Assembly: GCF_006345805.1 (NCBI RefSeq)
Contig: NC_043015.1
Span: 9,672,001 to 9,736,000, forward strand
Reading direction: 5' to 3'
From: Octopus sinensis
Taxonomy: Eukaryota
Length of the DNA: 64,000 nucleotides
Shown here: one piece after another, positions 28,150 through 41,670 of the stretch
Position numbering within the stretch: the first letter of the stretch is position 1
How the letters are laid out: the number at the start of each line of letters is the position of its first letter
Notes under the pieces: generated by a model
What the model saw: only the letters and a program-made list of their open reading frames with translations
What the model was told of the DNA's origin: nothing
The model's database searches: none
Made by a program: the position numbers and the translations under genes

Positions 28150-30720
28150 ATTACTACTGTCTTTTTCAACGACTACAACTGCTTAACGTCCCAAGGTAAC
28201 CTATCATATATATCGACTTTTCCTTCTTGTCATATCTATCGACGTTTTCATCTTTTTCAATTAATACTATGTCTGGTTTCCTATTCCCTATATTACGGTC
28301 GCACTGAATCATAAAATCACTTAGGATCTTAGCATTATTCGATGATCCTTCGGGCCAGTTTTTTATCTGTCAACATCATACTTGTTGCAAAGAAGCCAAT
28401 GGACAATTCTTGATATATTGTATGGCGTTTCTTATATTCTTTCTGGTCTAGTAGCCTATATTGACTGGTAATATACCATACGGTTTCACCATTTTATCCA
28501 CAAATTCTGCACGTATCACATGTTCTCTATTCTGTATTTGATATGATTCGTTCTCAATGCTTGAATACGGGCAGCACAGATTAGAGCCTCCGTTTCCGAT
28601 TTCAAATCGCTCTTAGTCTTATCTTCAACATCCATACGAAATTGTTCATGCTTTAGTTTCTTTACCTATTTTCAGTTTCACTGATTCTCAACTCTTTGTA
28701 CAGTGCTTTATCCTTGCAATCTTCCATTCTACACAAGCATGACCTTCTTACTTCCAATATTAGCGGTCCTATAGCATTATTTACATAACATGCTATGCTG
28801 TTTTCTTCTGCTCTAATGGTGTGTTCGCATTCAATCAGTCTTCTTCCTCCGTTTTTTACTTAGTACATACACTCTGTCTATGTCACTTTTTAGCTGAAGT
28901 ATCCCATATCTAATCAGTAACATGCTTACCTTTCTGTCTACGATATTTATATATCTAAGTATTGAAACAACCCAGGTGTTAATAGCTTCAATCTTATTCC
29001 GTCCGATTAATTTCCACTTAAGTATCTGTCTCAGTCTGCGCAAATAGTCCACCTTAAATTATTCTCTCATTTCTTTCTCCATCAATGTATCCACTTCCAA
29101 TATTCCCAAGTACTTATAAACTGTCTCTTCTATATGTTTCATAACCTCTCCTGGCGGTATCGCCAGCTCGCCTATACATTAAATTTTGCCTCTATTCAAG
29201 ACTAACACACCACGCTTTTTCAGTCAGAAGATATCAGCACTGAAAGTATCCACCGTATCAACAAGGGAATTGACTTGGGATTCCTCTTTACCATAAAATG
29301 TGTGGTCATCCATGAATAATAAGTGTTTGTTTTTGTTTTTTGGCAGATTCCGACAACATAGTTACCGTTTGCTTTCCTCAGATTCAGTGTTAGTATATCA
29401 TGCACAGTACAAAGATCAGTGGGGACAGACAGTCCCCCTTCGAAGATGCCACTCCTGATTTCTGTTGTCCATAGACTTCTTCCATATGTTTTCAGCTCCG
29501 TCTTCCACTTCGTCATATTGTTTTCCAAACAATCACTCAACATTCTATGCATTACCAAATAGATTCTTAATTTCCATGGTCCCACAATGTGGGATAATAT
29601 CCTATGCCTTACGATAATCCATCCATGGCATGTCTATTTTAGTGTTCCTCCTCTTGCAGTCTCTAAGTACGGCATTGTCTACCAGGAGTTGGTCTTTGGT
29701 ACCCCTGCTCTTATGCTTGCACCTCTTATTCTCATGTGGCAGGACTCCATTTTTCCAGATACCCGTACGTTAACTCTGTGACTATTCCAGTTAATAGATT
29801 CCACATACGTGGCAAGCAGGATATCGGCCGGTAATTGCCTACCGTATTGTCATTTGATGTTTTTCAAGCACAACACTGTCCTACTTATTGTCAACCACAT
29901 TAGTGTTAATTGGTCGGCATTTAACAAGGTGTTGAATCGTGTATGACGTTCACCAAATCTTTGATCCAGCAGCATTGAACTCCATTTAGTCACGGAGCCT
30001 TCCAGTTGCCCATATTTTTGCTGATTTCCTTCAACTCCCTAACGGATATGACTGGTTCTGCCTGTTGTTGACTGGCTACTGTTAACTTCAGTCCATGCAA
30101 CCATTCAGCATCCTTCTTGTGATCCTTATCTTTGTTCCAGACATCACTCCAAAACCTTCGACTTTCGATGTTACCTGGTACCAACATTTCTTCTGTACTC
30201 TCTCCATTTAGTTCTTTGTAGAATCTCTTTTGATATTCTCTGAATAATCTATTCTTCTGGGATCCCTTCATTCTTTGGTTGTATCTTACCATCTTTGCTG
30301 TCTTAGCAACGAGGCACTGTTCCAATTCTTCCATCATCACTTTCAGTCCCTTTCTTTCAATATTATACTTTCTCTTTAGTGCCCTGTATTTTTCTTCGCT
30401 TTTAAGCTCCCCTTTTCTTTCTGGTCTAATAAAGAAATGTCCTTCGAAAGCATATCTAACCCCGCCTTTATTCTTCTTTCCCATCATGGATCTTTTCTTT
30501 CCTCACTCCCATTATATTTATTTTCCTTGAAATCAACAACCACATTTTTTTGATGCAACAATACTTGCCGCCTTGATCAAATTTTTTATTTGTGTAATGT
30601 TTTTGATCTGAAGCATTTCAGAATTTTATTCATATTTGTGGTTTCTCGGCTCAATTTCCACAAACCAACATTTCTAAGGTTGTAAATAATGTCGCTTTCT
30701 TTCTTACTGTTAAAAGTAAT
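28150..30720 (-). mobile_element. Older, degenerate R4/Dong-like (RLE-class) non-LTR retrotransposon
   Basis: Fragments read ..KNMGNWKAP, GIFEG (RT), IEAINTWVVSILRY, DIDRVYV, EYKKRH..IVHWLLC and DFMIQCDRNIGNRKPDIVLIEK (restriction-like endonuclease PD motif). Many stops and frameshifts. Confidence 0.85.
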
Positions 30721-30866
30721 CTCATAGCAGAAAACAGATGTGACATCTCTAATAAGCAAGGGGAAAAGAATAGCTTACTCGATGATAGACATATAGACTA
30801 TTTGGAAGAAGACAATATAACTAATGGTGACATGACAGATAGGCAAAAAGCAATCTACGAGAAAAT

Positions 30867-31292
30867 ATAGTCAATTTCCTTTATATTCCCCTTGATATCT
30901 TCTGATACTGCTCCCAAGAAGCCAACAATAATAATTCGCATCATCTTAATCTTCTTCATTTAACCTTCCTCTACCAGGCAGAAGGGTATTCACGAGGAAC
31001 AGGGTAATGGTGATGGGGATGTTAAGGATGAGGAACAAGACCGTTATACAGTGAACCCTGATACTGTGGTGGATGAACATGAAGGGGAAATGACCAAATA
31101 GATAATAAATTTCACACCGATGTCCCTACCACACTTCTGGACTGTTTTGGTTAAGGGATCTATCTGTTCTTCAGATTTCCCAAACAATTTTAGGTCATCC
31201 ATAAATAGAAGTTGGGCCTTTCTGCCCACATCTTAGCTTACATCTTAACTCTAGTAAGATTCTCAAGGGGAATATAAAGGAAATTGACTATA
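30867..31292 (-). mobile_element. Scrambled R4/Dong-like fragments bounded by a ~28-bp inverted repeat
   Basis: RT motif LLFMDDLKLFGKSE (31110-31215) and RLE C-terminal IIIVGFLGAVSEDIKG (30880-30960). tatagtcaatttcctttatattcccc is inverted at 31263-31292. Confidence 0.65.
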
Positions 31293-31864
31293 TGTGTGTG
31301 CGCGTGCGTTTGTGTAGTTAATTGGATATGTAAGTAAACAGGTAGATAGATGCAGACATACAGACATAGGTAATAAGGACATACCCTCACATGCCACACA
31401 CACTCACATTCATACACAAATGAAGACAGAAACACATGACTATATACAAATACACACAGGAACACTTCACGCACACGAGGAAAAATATAGTGACATGGAT
31501 CTATACATTACGGACGCACGTACACAGTCACAGAAACCCATACACACAAATACGCTCAAACATGCTTACACACATACATACATCCATATGTGCGTACACA
31601 TGAACACTGACTCACACCCATGCGCACAAAAAATACAAAAAGAACCCAGCTCTGGTAACAGAGTTAGCGACTATGGAAGAATTTGCAAGATGCAACGCAC
31701 GTTTCAGAAAAATTAATAAGTAAACGAGTGGAAATCGTGTCAGTAATTGTGTTATGAAATAAGGGACTAACACCGAATGACTCTCCCCAAACACGTAAAG
31801 GGTGTTGCTTCTTCTCTTCATTGTCTTATCCTTTATTTTTCTCGTCCATATTATTCTTTGTAAA

Positions 31865-32259
31865 TCTTTATATATAAAAGTGAAGTTGCGTGCCTGTCTC
31901 CTACGATTTAGATTCCTAACTACTCCCACATTTTGCGGTGCAGTGTAACCAAAAGCGGGTATCTTATAGTCGTGATTTATATCGAGCCCTTCTGGGTATT
32001 AGCGCGCGTTTACGATGAGTCTACGATTTTAAAAATAATTTAACATAACTTTTTTCCATTTTAATGTATTTTTTCTTTATTATATAAGGGAAGTAACTCT
32101 CTAAAAATGTCTACGATGAGTCAACGATTGAAAAAAAATTACCATCATTTTTTTTCCATTTTTAATGCATTTTTTGCTATTTTTTGGCTATAACTCACTA
32201 AAAATGCTTATATAGTTATTTCCCTTACAAACCCGAGCAACGCCGGGCGATACTGCCAG
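31865..32259 (+). mobile_element. Non-autonomous Helitron-like element
   Basis: Starts A|TCtttatatataaaag, ends with hairpin cccgagcaacgccggg then CCAG|T (a CTAG variant), inserted between A and T. Internal ~85-bp duplication (tacgatgagtc..ttttttccattttaatg). Confidence 0.8.
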
Positions 32260-32789
32260 TTTGATATATATCCCGGATAGATTCATAACAAAATAATATA
32301 TCCGTAACCGTAATTAATATTCATCACACCTTCAGTATGTAAGGCCCTTAGACAATTCATTCCTTGAATATTTTTTAATTGTTTTGTATTTCATAGATAG
32401 ATTTAATGAACCTGGAGAACGCAAATTCTTTTCAGATATTAGTGGACCAATTAAGTTGTAGGATTATCTTTGGCCTCACCCGACTCAACACACGGGCATT
32501 AGAATGAGGTTTTTGCTAATAAGTAATAACATCGCATTCCCTTTTTACCCGAATTAATTTTTCATTGATATAGATATGTGTTGATTTCTCCAAACAAGTT
32601 CACATTAATTTAACTTTGTTAATTTCTATGATACTCTATTACTTAGACGTTAGCCTCTAACTTTTGACCCATGTAATATGGACAATCCCCTTAAACACAC
32701 TTCACAACGCCTCACAATTGCTATTACCCCAAGTAAATTGAAATATGATGTAACTCTCATAACCTATGGAAATTACTTCTGGAAGTGAC

Positions 32790-33171
32790 TTTCTTTACTT
32801 TCTTTATTTGATTGCGGCCATGCTGGAGCACCGCATTTAGTCGAGCAAATCGACCCCGGGACTTATTCTTTGTAAGACCAGTACTTATTCTATCGGTCTC
32901 TTTTGCCGAACCGCTAATTGACGAGGACGTAAACACACCAGCATCGGTTGTCAAGCAATGCTAGGGGGTCAAACACACAAACACAGACATATATATACAT
33001 ATATATACAAATATACGACAGGCGTTTTTCAGTTTCCGTCTACCAAAATCCACTCACAAGGCATTGGTCGGCCCGGGGCTATAGTAGAAGACACTTACCC
33101 AAGATGCCACGCAGTGGGACTGAACCCGGAACCTTGTGGTTGGTTAGCAAGCTACTTACCACAGAGCCACT
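32790..33171 (-). mobile_element. tRNA-derived SINE family B, near full length
   Basis: Minus-strand head gtggctctgtggtaagtagcttgc..ggttcagtcccac (A and B boxes); same body and tail as the 26340 copy. Confidence 0.9.
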
Positions 33172-35441
33172 TATATATATAATCTTTGGATTTTACCTAG
33201 GAATTGACTTATTTGTACCATTCCTTACTATTTTTATTATTTTATAATTTTATTTTATCTTACTCCGTCATATGTTAGATTCCTAACATTATAGTTTCTC
33301 TGATGAAACTTTGGGACTCAGTCATTGCCCAACCCCTGTCCAATGTTTTGTTCAACCTTTGTACAATCCACGTATATTACTGGTAACATGTGGAAACCAT
33401 GCCAAGTTGAACCACCCCTAAAGTAGAAACAGCTGTAATTGTTTAGTATTTTCCACTCATTTATTATTATGTATTTACTTATTTATATATTTCGTTGTTT
33501 ATTTGTTTATTTATTTTGACTACTTGTGAATATATTTGTAATTAAATAGATACAAATTAATATTTGCAGGCTGATGTTTGTTGATTGATTATCCTCTCCA
33601 TTTTCTTATTTGCCTTATATATATATGTTTATTACTCATAAAATACAGTGTACATTTAAACACATAAGGAATCCACTCGTAGTATTCATCACGCTAGAAA
33701 AAACAGCTAGGTTCCCTAACCACAAAATTAGGGATAAAATCCCGAAATCTTTTACCATCTAGTTTCCTGGACCAATTTGTTTCTGATTTTAGTTTAGCAA
33801 ATAAAATAATATTCGCTAGGTGAAATCGTCGTCAACAGGTACACCTTAGATAAAACATATAATACACGAGGCTTTCAATTATATGCCTCTTATTTATACT
33901 TCCTATTTTTTCTTTCAGAATCTACTGCGCAATATCGGCAATAAAAAAAAATGCCAACTGTTAAAATCCGAAAATTATCCCAAACTTACAATACTTAATC
34001 ATATCGAAGGGAAATGGAAATTAATAGAAATTTTCACTTCCAGTGACCTAGCGTGTAAAACTTTAGTCCAAAGACGATGTATTACTCATAAATATATATA
34101 TATATATATAAACATATATATAGAGAGAGTGAATTAGGGCAGTGCTATCTGAAAAGTCTTGTTATAAGTAGTTAGTAAGATTTATGCATGCACATAATGT
34201 ATATTAGAAAAGGGGAATAACATACAATAAACGATAAAGAATGTTTAATAACTAGTGTAGGCTATACACTTCGTCCCATATCGGAATCCATGGAAATTTC
34301 CATAAGATGGTAATTGCTAAGCAACTTTCGATTAGCAATTATTGGTAAGGATAATTGCAAAGTATCCGGAGAAAACTCGAAACATATTTGGAATGAAAGA
34401 AGTAAAAAATATATTATACATGTTAAGCACTGTATGTTAAAATAATTTGTAAGAAGCAAAACATATGTTTAGAGAATCATTACGTGCGAATACATTCTTA
34501 AAACTCCCGTCATCTCGTGGAGAAGATTAAGGGATTCAACAAATGGGTTACAGTACGCATGGTAATTTGAAAAACTTAAACGATTAAAATTTAATGTTAG
34601 TTGGCAAGTAGTCATAGAAGGAAAATATGTCTACAGATATCAGTTTTCAAAAGTTAGTAGTGGAAGGGGAGTTGGGTGTATAAAAGAGCATGAGGGATAA
34701 AAAAATTCTCAACGTGAGGAGCGAAAAGACTTTATTATGTTGAATAAAATCATAATTAAATTATCCTTCAATATTTTCTTATTACCCAAATCAACCAACA
34801 TTTCAGCACTACTTCCTAGAAATACACGAACATAAATACATACATTCACGTACAGGAGCTAAGAATATTTCTACAAGATTTTCTAGTTTATCCGCTAATA
34901 ATAAACTTTCTTAATTACGTGCTCTAGCTAGGGCTGGGTACCGTGAGCATATTCAATATATACAAGAAGGCAGTGGAATTCCTCCAATTGTAATATACAA
35001 CGTCACAGTTTGAGAACTCAGATAGAGAATATAGGCGAGGAAGCATTGGTCATGTCAAGGAACTACAAACGATAACTCATGGACACACGTGATATAATAA
35101 TCGAACTTCTTCTTCCAATTCTGTACAACGCACTCGATCTAATACACGTAAAACAGTTATAGGAATCAGGATGTCCTCTGGTTTACTCCGATTTTCGGTC
35201 CGCATGTTTCAACAAAGATAGCTGGAAAATGTTTGCTACTTTGGACAAATGTTTTCCTAAATTTAATCGGTATCAAGTTATTTTTAATTGGCACACGGTG
35301 AAGGTTTCCTACTCCAACTCTGCTGATTTAGAGAAGGCTAAGCTGTCGCAGAAATAATAGTAAAATGCGGTAAATGTTCGATGACTTATTAACTGGATCT
35401 AGCGAACATATAATGTAAACCGCAATGATAAACACCAATTA

Positions 35442-35442
35442 T

Positions 35443-35482
<40 letters not shown>

Positions 35483-35489
35483 CAGTAGC

Positions 35490-35540
<51 letters not shown>

Positions 35541-35562
35541 TGTTGTTGTTGTTGTTGTTGTT
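35442..35562. repeat. (GTA)n(GTT)n compound microsatellite
   Basis: Direct observation. Confidence 0.97.
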
Positions 35563-36801
35563 GAAATACTTATGATACATCGATCACAGTAAGAGCGTCG
35601 GAACTTAGACTTGCTTTATATACAAGTAAATACAATAAATGCGCATGCAGAGACAAATCAAAGTGTCCTTTGATGAATTTCTGTGTGAGTACAAATCTTA
35701 TATTTAAACTTATCATTTAAATACAAGGGGAGGTCCGTTTGTTTACATTGGGCAAACGACTGATTCATTTAAGATTCGTTATCAAAACTATGCCGTCAGA
35801 TTTATGACAATCAATAAGAGAAATTCAACACCGTTAGTCGATTTTGTATGGTGACAAAAGGAGATTTGTTTTTTTGGCAATACTACACAGTGGCTGTGGG
35901 ATCTACGAAATCCTCGTCGCCACTGCTTCCACCGTTATGTCACACGATCGGATGCCTTCTACTAAATACTACTCTCTTCTCCGCTACCCTACTCACTAGC
36001 CTCTGACGACGTCTAGACATCTCCCTCTATATCTACGTATTGGGCTAGCCTACTTCAGCGTCTGTGGGCGTCAACACAACAAGAATAAAATGAAGTAAAG
36101 CATAAATTGGTCCATAATAAAGCACCCAAAACCATACAATATAACTTCAAGGAGATGCCGTCTCTGCTTTAGAAATCCCTGTTACTTCCCTGGACTAATG
36201 AGAAGTTCATTACCAGAATTTCGGAACGAATCTCGAGATGTCTTCGCGCGTATATAAATGTACTTTCGAACAATGCAGTGGAAATGCAATTTGAGTAACC
36301 GTTAATATAATTTAGTTTACTTGAAAGTATGGATGACTTATGTTAACTTGTAACCTCCTTATACTTACAAACACCAAGCAAATAGTTAACTCCTTTTGAG
36401 ATCATGACTGCATCAAACCTCACGTACGCCTATGCTCACATTTTCGCGTATGCATGTATGAGTATGTGCAGTCTCGCCATGTAGTTTTCCCGTGGGATTT
36501 TACACGTTCATATTTGTAAACGGTTATTTTAAATACTTTTCTCGCTGAATCGTATATTCGTTTCTCTGTGAATGAAGATATTTCCTCTGTCTGCTTTCTT
36601 TTCTACAAAACGAGAAGTTACATTGCGGAACTCATATTTTAACGAACCGTGTATTTTCATCACACGACTGATACATCTGCACAACCGGATGCTCCTGGAC
36701 CAGTTGCTAAGTAACCCACCCATGTGAGATTGACGCTAGATGCGTCGAACCATTTGTCGTAATTAAAAAATTATGTTTTCATTTAGCATATACATACATA
36801 A

Positions 36802-36852
<51 letters not shown>

Positions 36853-37712
36853 ATATATTATATATATGTATATATATGTATATATATATGTATGTATATA
36901 TATATATATATATGTATGTATATTTACATATATGTGTGTTTGTTTATGTGTGTGCGTATATAGAGATGCTAGGATTGAACGCAGTCAGCATCGACGGAAC
37001 GCGTCCAGTAATTTAGAGAGCTATTTTCTTCTGGTTTTCATATGTGTAGCTCACTCTTGGTATTCAATGTGAGATATATGTGATGCGATTGAACGAAAAT
37101 AATTTTACTCATCTTAAAAGCCGATATGTTCCCCGTAGATTCGGAACAGTAGCCTTGTACTAAGAACAAAAACGTCATGAAAATTTGCACCAATGTATGA
37201 CCTTATATTTATTTAAAAGAGTCTCCTGGGGAACATTAAGGAAAACTTACTTTATAAAGAAACGTAACTATAAAAAAAATATTTGTGAAAAAAACGAAGT
37301 TTAACAACACAAACACCTATCGAAACTTTTTTTCTATATGGAAAGCAATTCTTCTTCATCAAGCACACTGTTTCTATAAATTACACTCAGTTTAAATTGT
37401 CAAAAATCCTCTTGCAGTCTCATCGGGGTGTAGTCATAAATTACTAAATGAAGTTTATTGTTTTTAGTATATGCAGCTTCTCGAAAAAGTGTCATGGGAG
37501 AAAGCCAAAAGCACACAATATTCGTTTGGGAATCCTGAACGTTTGGCTAAACATCAACACGTAATAATTTAATCAAGTTTCAATTGAAGACCTGACTATA
37601 AGCAGGTAAAAGTTGATAAATGAACCACAAAACACACTCGGAAATACACAGACAATTATATATACATATATGCATTATGTATATATATACATATGCATTA
37701 TGTATATATATA

Positions 37713-37900
37713 TCGGTAGCCACTACACATATTTTTTTCTCTCCTTGTTTTCTTGTTTTTTTTCTGTGTACCTTTCAGTAGAAGAGCGTACGCTCGAAAC
37801 GAAAAATACTATTTTCTATTCCTGAGCGTTATACTAATACATCTGTTCGTTTTGTACACCACCTGTCCTCGTCTTTTTTTTTTCGTGAACTCCCCGCCTA

Positions 37901-37901
<1 letters not shown>
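37713..37901 (+). mobile_element. Short interspersed element in a (TA)n tract with a hammerhead-like remnant; second copy at 48605-48791
   Basis: tagccactacacatatttttttctctccttg..cctgagcgttatactaatacatctgtt..tacaccacctgtc is shared with the 48605 copy. Contains hairpin gagc-gtac-gctc followed by GAAAC. Confidence 0.75.
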
Positions 37902-37942
<41 letters not shown>

Positions 37943-37948
37943 TGTATA

Positions 37949-38250
37949 CAGGGTGCGGGCGATATTTGAGAACTCATGCATTTTTAGACATTTCTTATAT
38001 GACTAATTTTTATTGAACTTCTATTTCAGAAAATAACAATGAGCGACCATTTGCTTACTGATGAAATGAAAAGGCATGCTGTGATTGTGGCTTTGGAGGT
38101 TACGCATGGTGAGATACATATTTCTTCTTTTCTGAAAGCGGTAAGGATTTTTGGTCCACAAAGGGTTGGTCTGAGTTTGAGAAAGAATATAGAAGAATAT
38201 CACAACGTAAAAAATCATTCCACACACTTTGATCCTATCCTCACGTGATG
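37949..38250 (+). mobile_element. Tc1/mariner 5' fragment
   Basis: TA|cagggtg terminus. ORF MSDHLLTDEMKRHAVIVAL..ISSFLKAVR resembles a transposase N-terminal HTH. Confidence 0.55.
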
Positions 38251-38396
38251 AAGAGAGATCAATTCACGTCATAAACAAACAAAAGAAAATCCTTTAATGA
38301 AATCCAAAAGACTTTTGAACATCTAATGGTTAAGAGGGTCTATCCGAGTAAAAGAAGAATCAAAGCGGATCCATATTTATAAATGTTTGAGAAATA

Positions 38397-38617
38397 CCTA
38401 TTTCTTTACTACTCACAAGGGGCTAAACACAGAGACGATACACAAGGACAGACAAAGGGATTAAGTCGATTATATCGACCCCAGTGCGTAACTGGTACTT
38501 ATTTAATCGACCCCGAAAGGATGAAAGGCAAAGTCGACCTCGGCGGAATTTGAACTCAGAACGTAGCGGCAGACGAAATTATGCTAAGCATTTCGTCCGG
38601 CGTGCTAAAGATTCTGC
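38397..38617 (-). mobile_element. tRNA-derived SINE family A
   Basis: Reverse complement of the 61042-61278 copy (gagttcaaattccgccgaggtcgactttgcctttcatcctttcggggtcgattaaataagtaccag). Confidence 0.9.
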
Positions 38618-40098
38618 CTTAGTATATTCTTTAGAGAATCATATTTTTAATATAGTCAGGACAATCCTTTCCATTATGCGATTGAAATTATGACGATGCT
38701 CTGTAGCTTAAAGCGATAACCATTTTAATTTAGACGAGCAAACACCCGTGTAAAGTCCCGCTCGATTGTTTAATAACATCATTTCCATAACACAATAACA
38801 AAGTTAATACCTAAACAATTCTATTTCTTCACCAGCAGAGAAATTACATTTTTTCTTGCCCAAAATGCATCTCCCTTAACTGTTGTTGGCATATATGCAA
38901 CCATTTTCTCACTATTTTCTGTGTAACGTATATTTTGAGACGTAACTGAAGATTCTAAATTTAGAAACTTAAACACATCGAATAATGATTGTTGTTTTAT
39001 CAAGTGATTACATTTTCTTTCTTATTCCATTACATGTATGTATTTATTGAGGTAAAGTGTTTATGCAAATTTGTATTTGCTATATTTTATCATCATTTTG
39101 GTTTGCTCATAGCTTTAAATCGGACTTCTTTATAAGTGTTCTGAGGATGTATTTAAGTAGATTTACTTAGATTATTGTCCTGAATTTGAAAAACAGAAAC
39201 CCACAACAACATTACAGAAATATATGGTAATCAAAAGAGAAAAGTATAATACCTGACAAAATAGATTTGTAAAACTATGTAACGTATATATATATAAAGA
39301 TTTCTTTAAAACAAGAAAGCACTTTTGCTGTAAAGTAAGGATGTGTTTATTAGTAGTTGTAGGACACTAGCATTAGTATTGCACAACAGAAGCAGACGTT
39401 CAATAAATTCAGAAGAAATGCAGAATTGTAAACACCACATTTGGTAAACAATACTTATCCTGTGTGCGTCTCGAAATGATGAACGTTTGGTTTGATTATC
39501 TTCAAAAGCAAAAATTTAAATCAAAATTGCTAACTTCCCGATAAGCAAGTGGCCATTTAATTTTGATCACTTTCACGTCTGCGTGTGTATAAATTATGGT
39601 GTACGTATGCGCGTAATTATACTACCGGGAGTATAAATACTTTTAATGGTGATATTTATCAAAAAAAGAAACTATTCAGTTCATTTAAAAATCATGCCAT
39701 TTTTTCTTTACATTGAAGAATGAAGCTCATCACTTATTTATTTAGGCATTTTTATATCTGTATATGGTTCACTGCCAGTACTCTTGTAATGTCTAAGTTT
39801 CGTAGATACGCGATAAACCCGGCTAGTTGTATACGAGTGCAACTTAATGAGGCAATGTGTTAATGATTTGTATAAATGCTGTATTAGTGACAAGTAGCTG
39901 AGATATCTGTTTCAGCTACAACTAGAAATTGATTAAATAAAATATAAAATTAGTAATGAAGTAACGTTTATTGCCACTTAAACATGGCTGTTCTGTAGGA
40001 ACCGAAATTACTGCTATTTTAACACCAGGAGGACAACTCCTCCAGCTATTTATTCGACGCAAACTACACCGGATATATATTGCAACCATGAAAGAGAA

Positions 40099-40206
40099 CT
40101 ACAGCCGACTTCTATACATGAGACCACTAGAAAGCTTCCACTGCTTTGCGGTTATTCTCGGTGGCGGATACTCGTCCGCTAGAGACAGCAGTAATTCTCT
40201 CCAGCT
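40099..40206 (-). CDS. Candidate terminal coding exon of a host gene (SWRELLLSLADEYPPPRITAKQWKLSSGLMYRSRL*)
   Basis: Acceptor ttttctgtatatttag. Phase 0 matches the upstream exon. TAG stop, with AATAAA ~45 nt downstream (40049-40054). Confidence 0.6.
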   Translation of the reverse strand, partial: SWRELLLSLADEYPPPRITAKQWKLSSGLMYRSRL

Positions 40207-40585
40207 CTAAATATACAGAAAACAGATGACACACACTCAATAATCTTGCACATGATAAGCTCTACTACCTCAATGTTCTTAAAATTCAAATCAATATATT
40301 TGTCTAAATATCTACCTTTTCTATAATGTTATCGATTAATATGAAAATTATGTATTAATGGGAAACATCTATAAATGGCTGATGATTTCTCAACATTTTA
40401 AAACTGTTGTAATATTTACAATATTTAATAAAATAATGTAGCGCGAAACGATCATACCAAATTACCGGAGATATTCTTGTTGCTCATTTTGATTATATAT
40501 AAATACATATATATTTATATGTGTGTATATAGGTATCTATGCATTATGTGTATGTCGATGTTGATTCATTGCAGGTTACACTTAC

Positions 40586-40626
40586 TTCTGCAGAGCCCTG
40601 GTCAATGAATTCCAGCAAAAACCATT
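40586..40626 (-). CDS. Candidate internal exon (K)WFLLEFIDQGSAE
   Basis: attacag acceptor, GAA|gtaagt donor, 41 nt; phases 1 and 0 match both neighbouring exons. Confidence 0.65.
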
Positions 40627-41085
40627 CTGTAATATTTTATATGTAGCACACCACGAGCTTCCCCTTTTATACCCGCTCCTTAAATCTTTCTGTTAATTTA
40701 TGTTTATTAATGAACACAGTTGAAATAATTGACAGCTTGAACGTTTTACAGTCAATAATTATATATAATATATATAACTACATTAAGAAAAAAAGACTTG
40801 CTAATGATGAATTACTTTTGTGCCTATACTTGTTTCTAGCCTGCCGAATTGGTTTATGATCAAATCTATATCAACATGCATGCGTAGTATTGTTTGTGCT
40901 TATGGTGTTATAAAATTGAAAACCTGTTGCAAATAAAACTGAAGCAAGTTGTTTTCATGTAGACCAACAAGCGCAGGTTCGCGCCGACACGGATATCTTT
41001 TTCGTGGTTAAGACAAAAAAAAAATTGAACGTAATTTAAAGTGAAGTTTCATTATCATAAAGTGCTCGAATCGAATTAATTTTAC

Positions 41086-41172
41086 TTGAACAAACGTGAA
41101 ATTTATCCTCAACGAGATGTTTGCATAGAAGGGGCAGTTGCACACGTCTTTCCTGTTTCTCATTTGCACAAT
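41086..41172 (-). CDS. Candidate internal exon CANEKQERRVQLPLLCKHLVEDKFHVCS
   Basis: gttttcag acceptor, CAA|gtaaaa donor, 87 nt open frame, phase 1/1; joins in frame to the 40626 exon. Confidence 0.55.
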
Positions 41173-41440
41173 CTGAAAACTTTTTCTTCGCATATAAGTT
41201 TAGGAAATTTATTACATATTTATATTTCTATACACTGCTATAACATGTGTTTGGCTATAGTATAAGTCCAGGAATATTTGTGCTGCTCTGTTTCGACTAC
41301 ATCAAGCATATTAATGGGAATAATTTTGCCCAAAACTAACACATGACGTTACGTCCATTCAAGATAATATTTGGAACATCATACATACGCACACAAATAT
41401 ACATGTTTATATACATACACACACGTACATAAACATATAG

Positions 41441-41441
<1 letters not shown>

Positions 41442-41535
<94 letters not shown>

Positions 41536-41670
41536 ATATATACATACATACGTGCAAACATGCATGCATCCATCCGTCCATACATACATACATACATACA
41601 TACATACTTACATACATTCATACATACATACATACATACATACATACACATACATACATACATACATACA
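41442..41670. repeat. (TA)n and (CATA)n microsatellites
   Basis: Direct observation. Confidence 0.95.
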
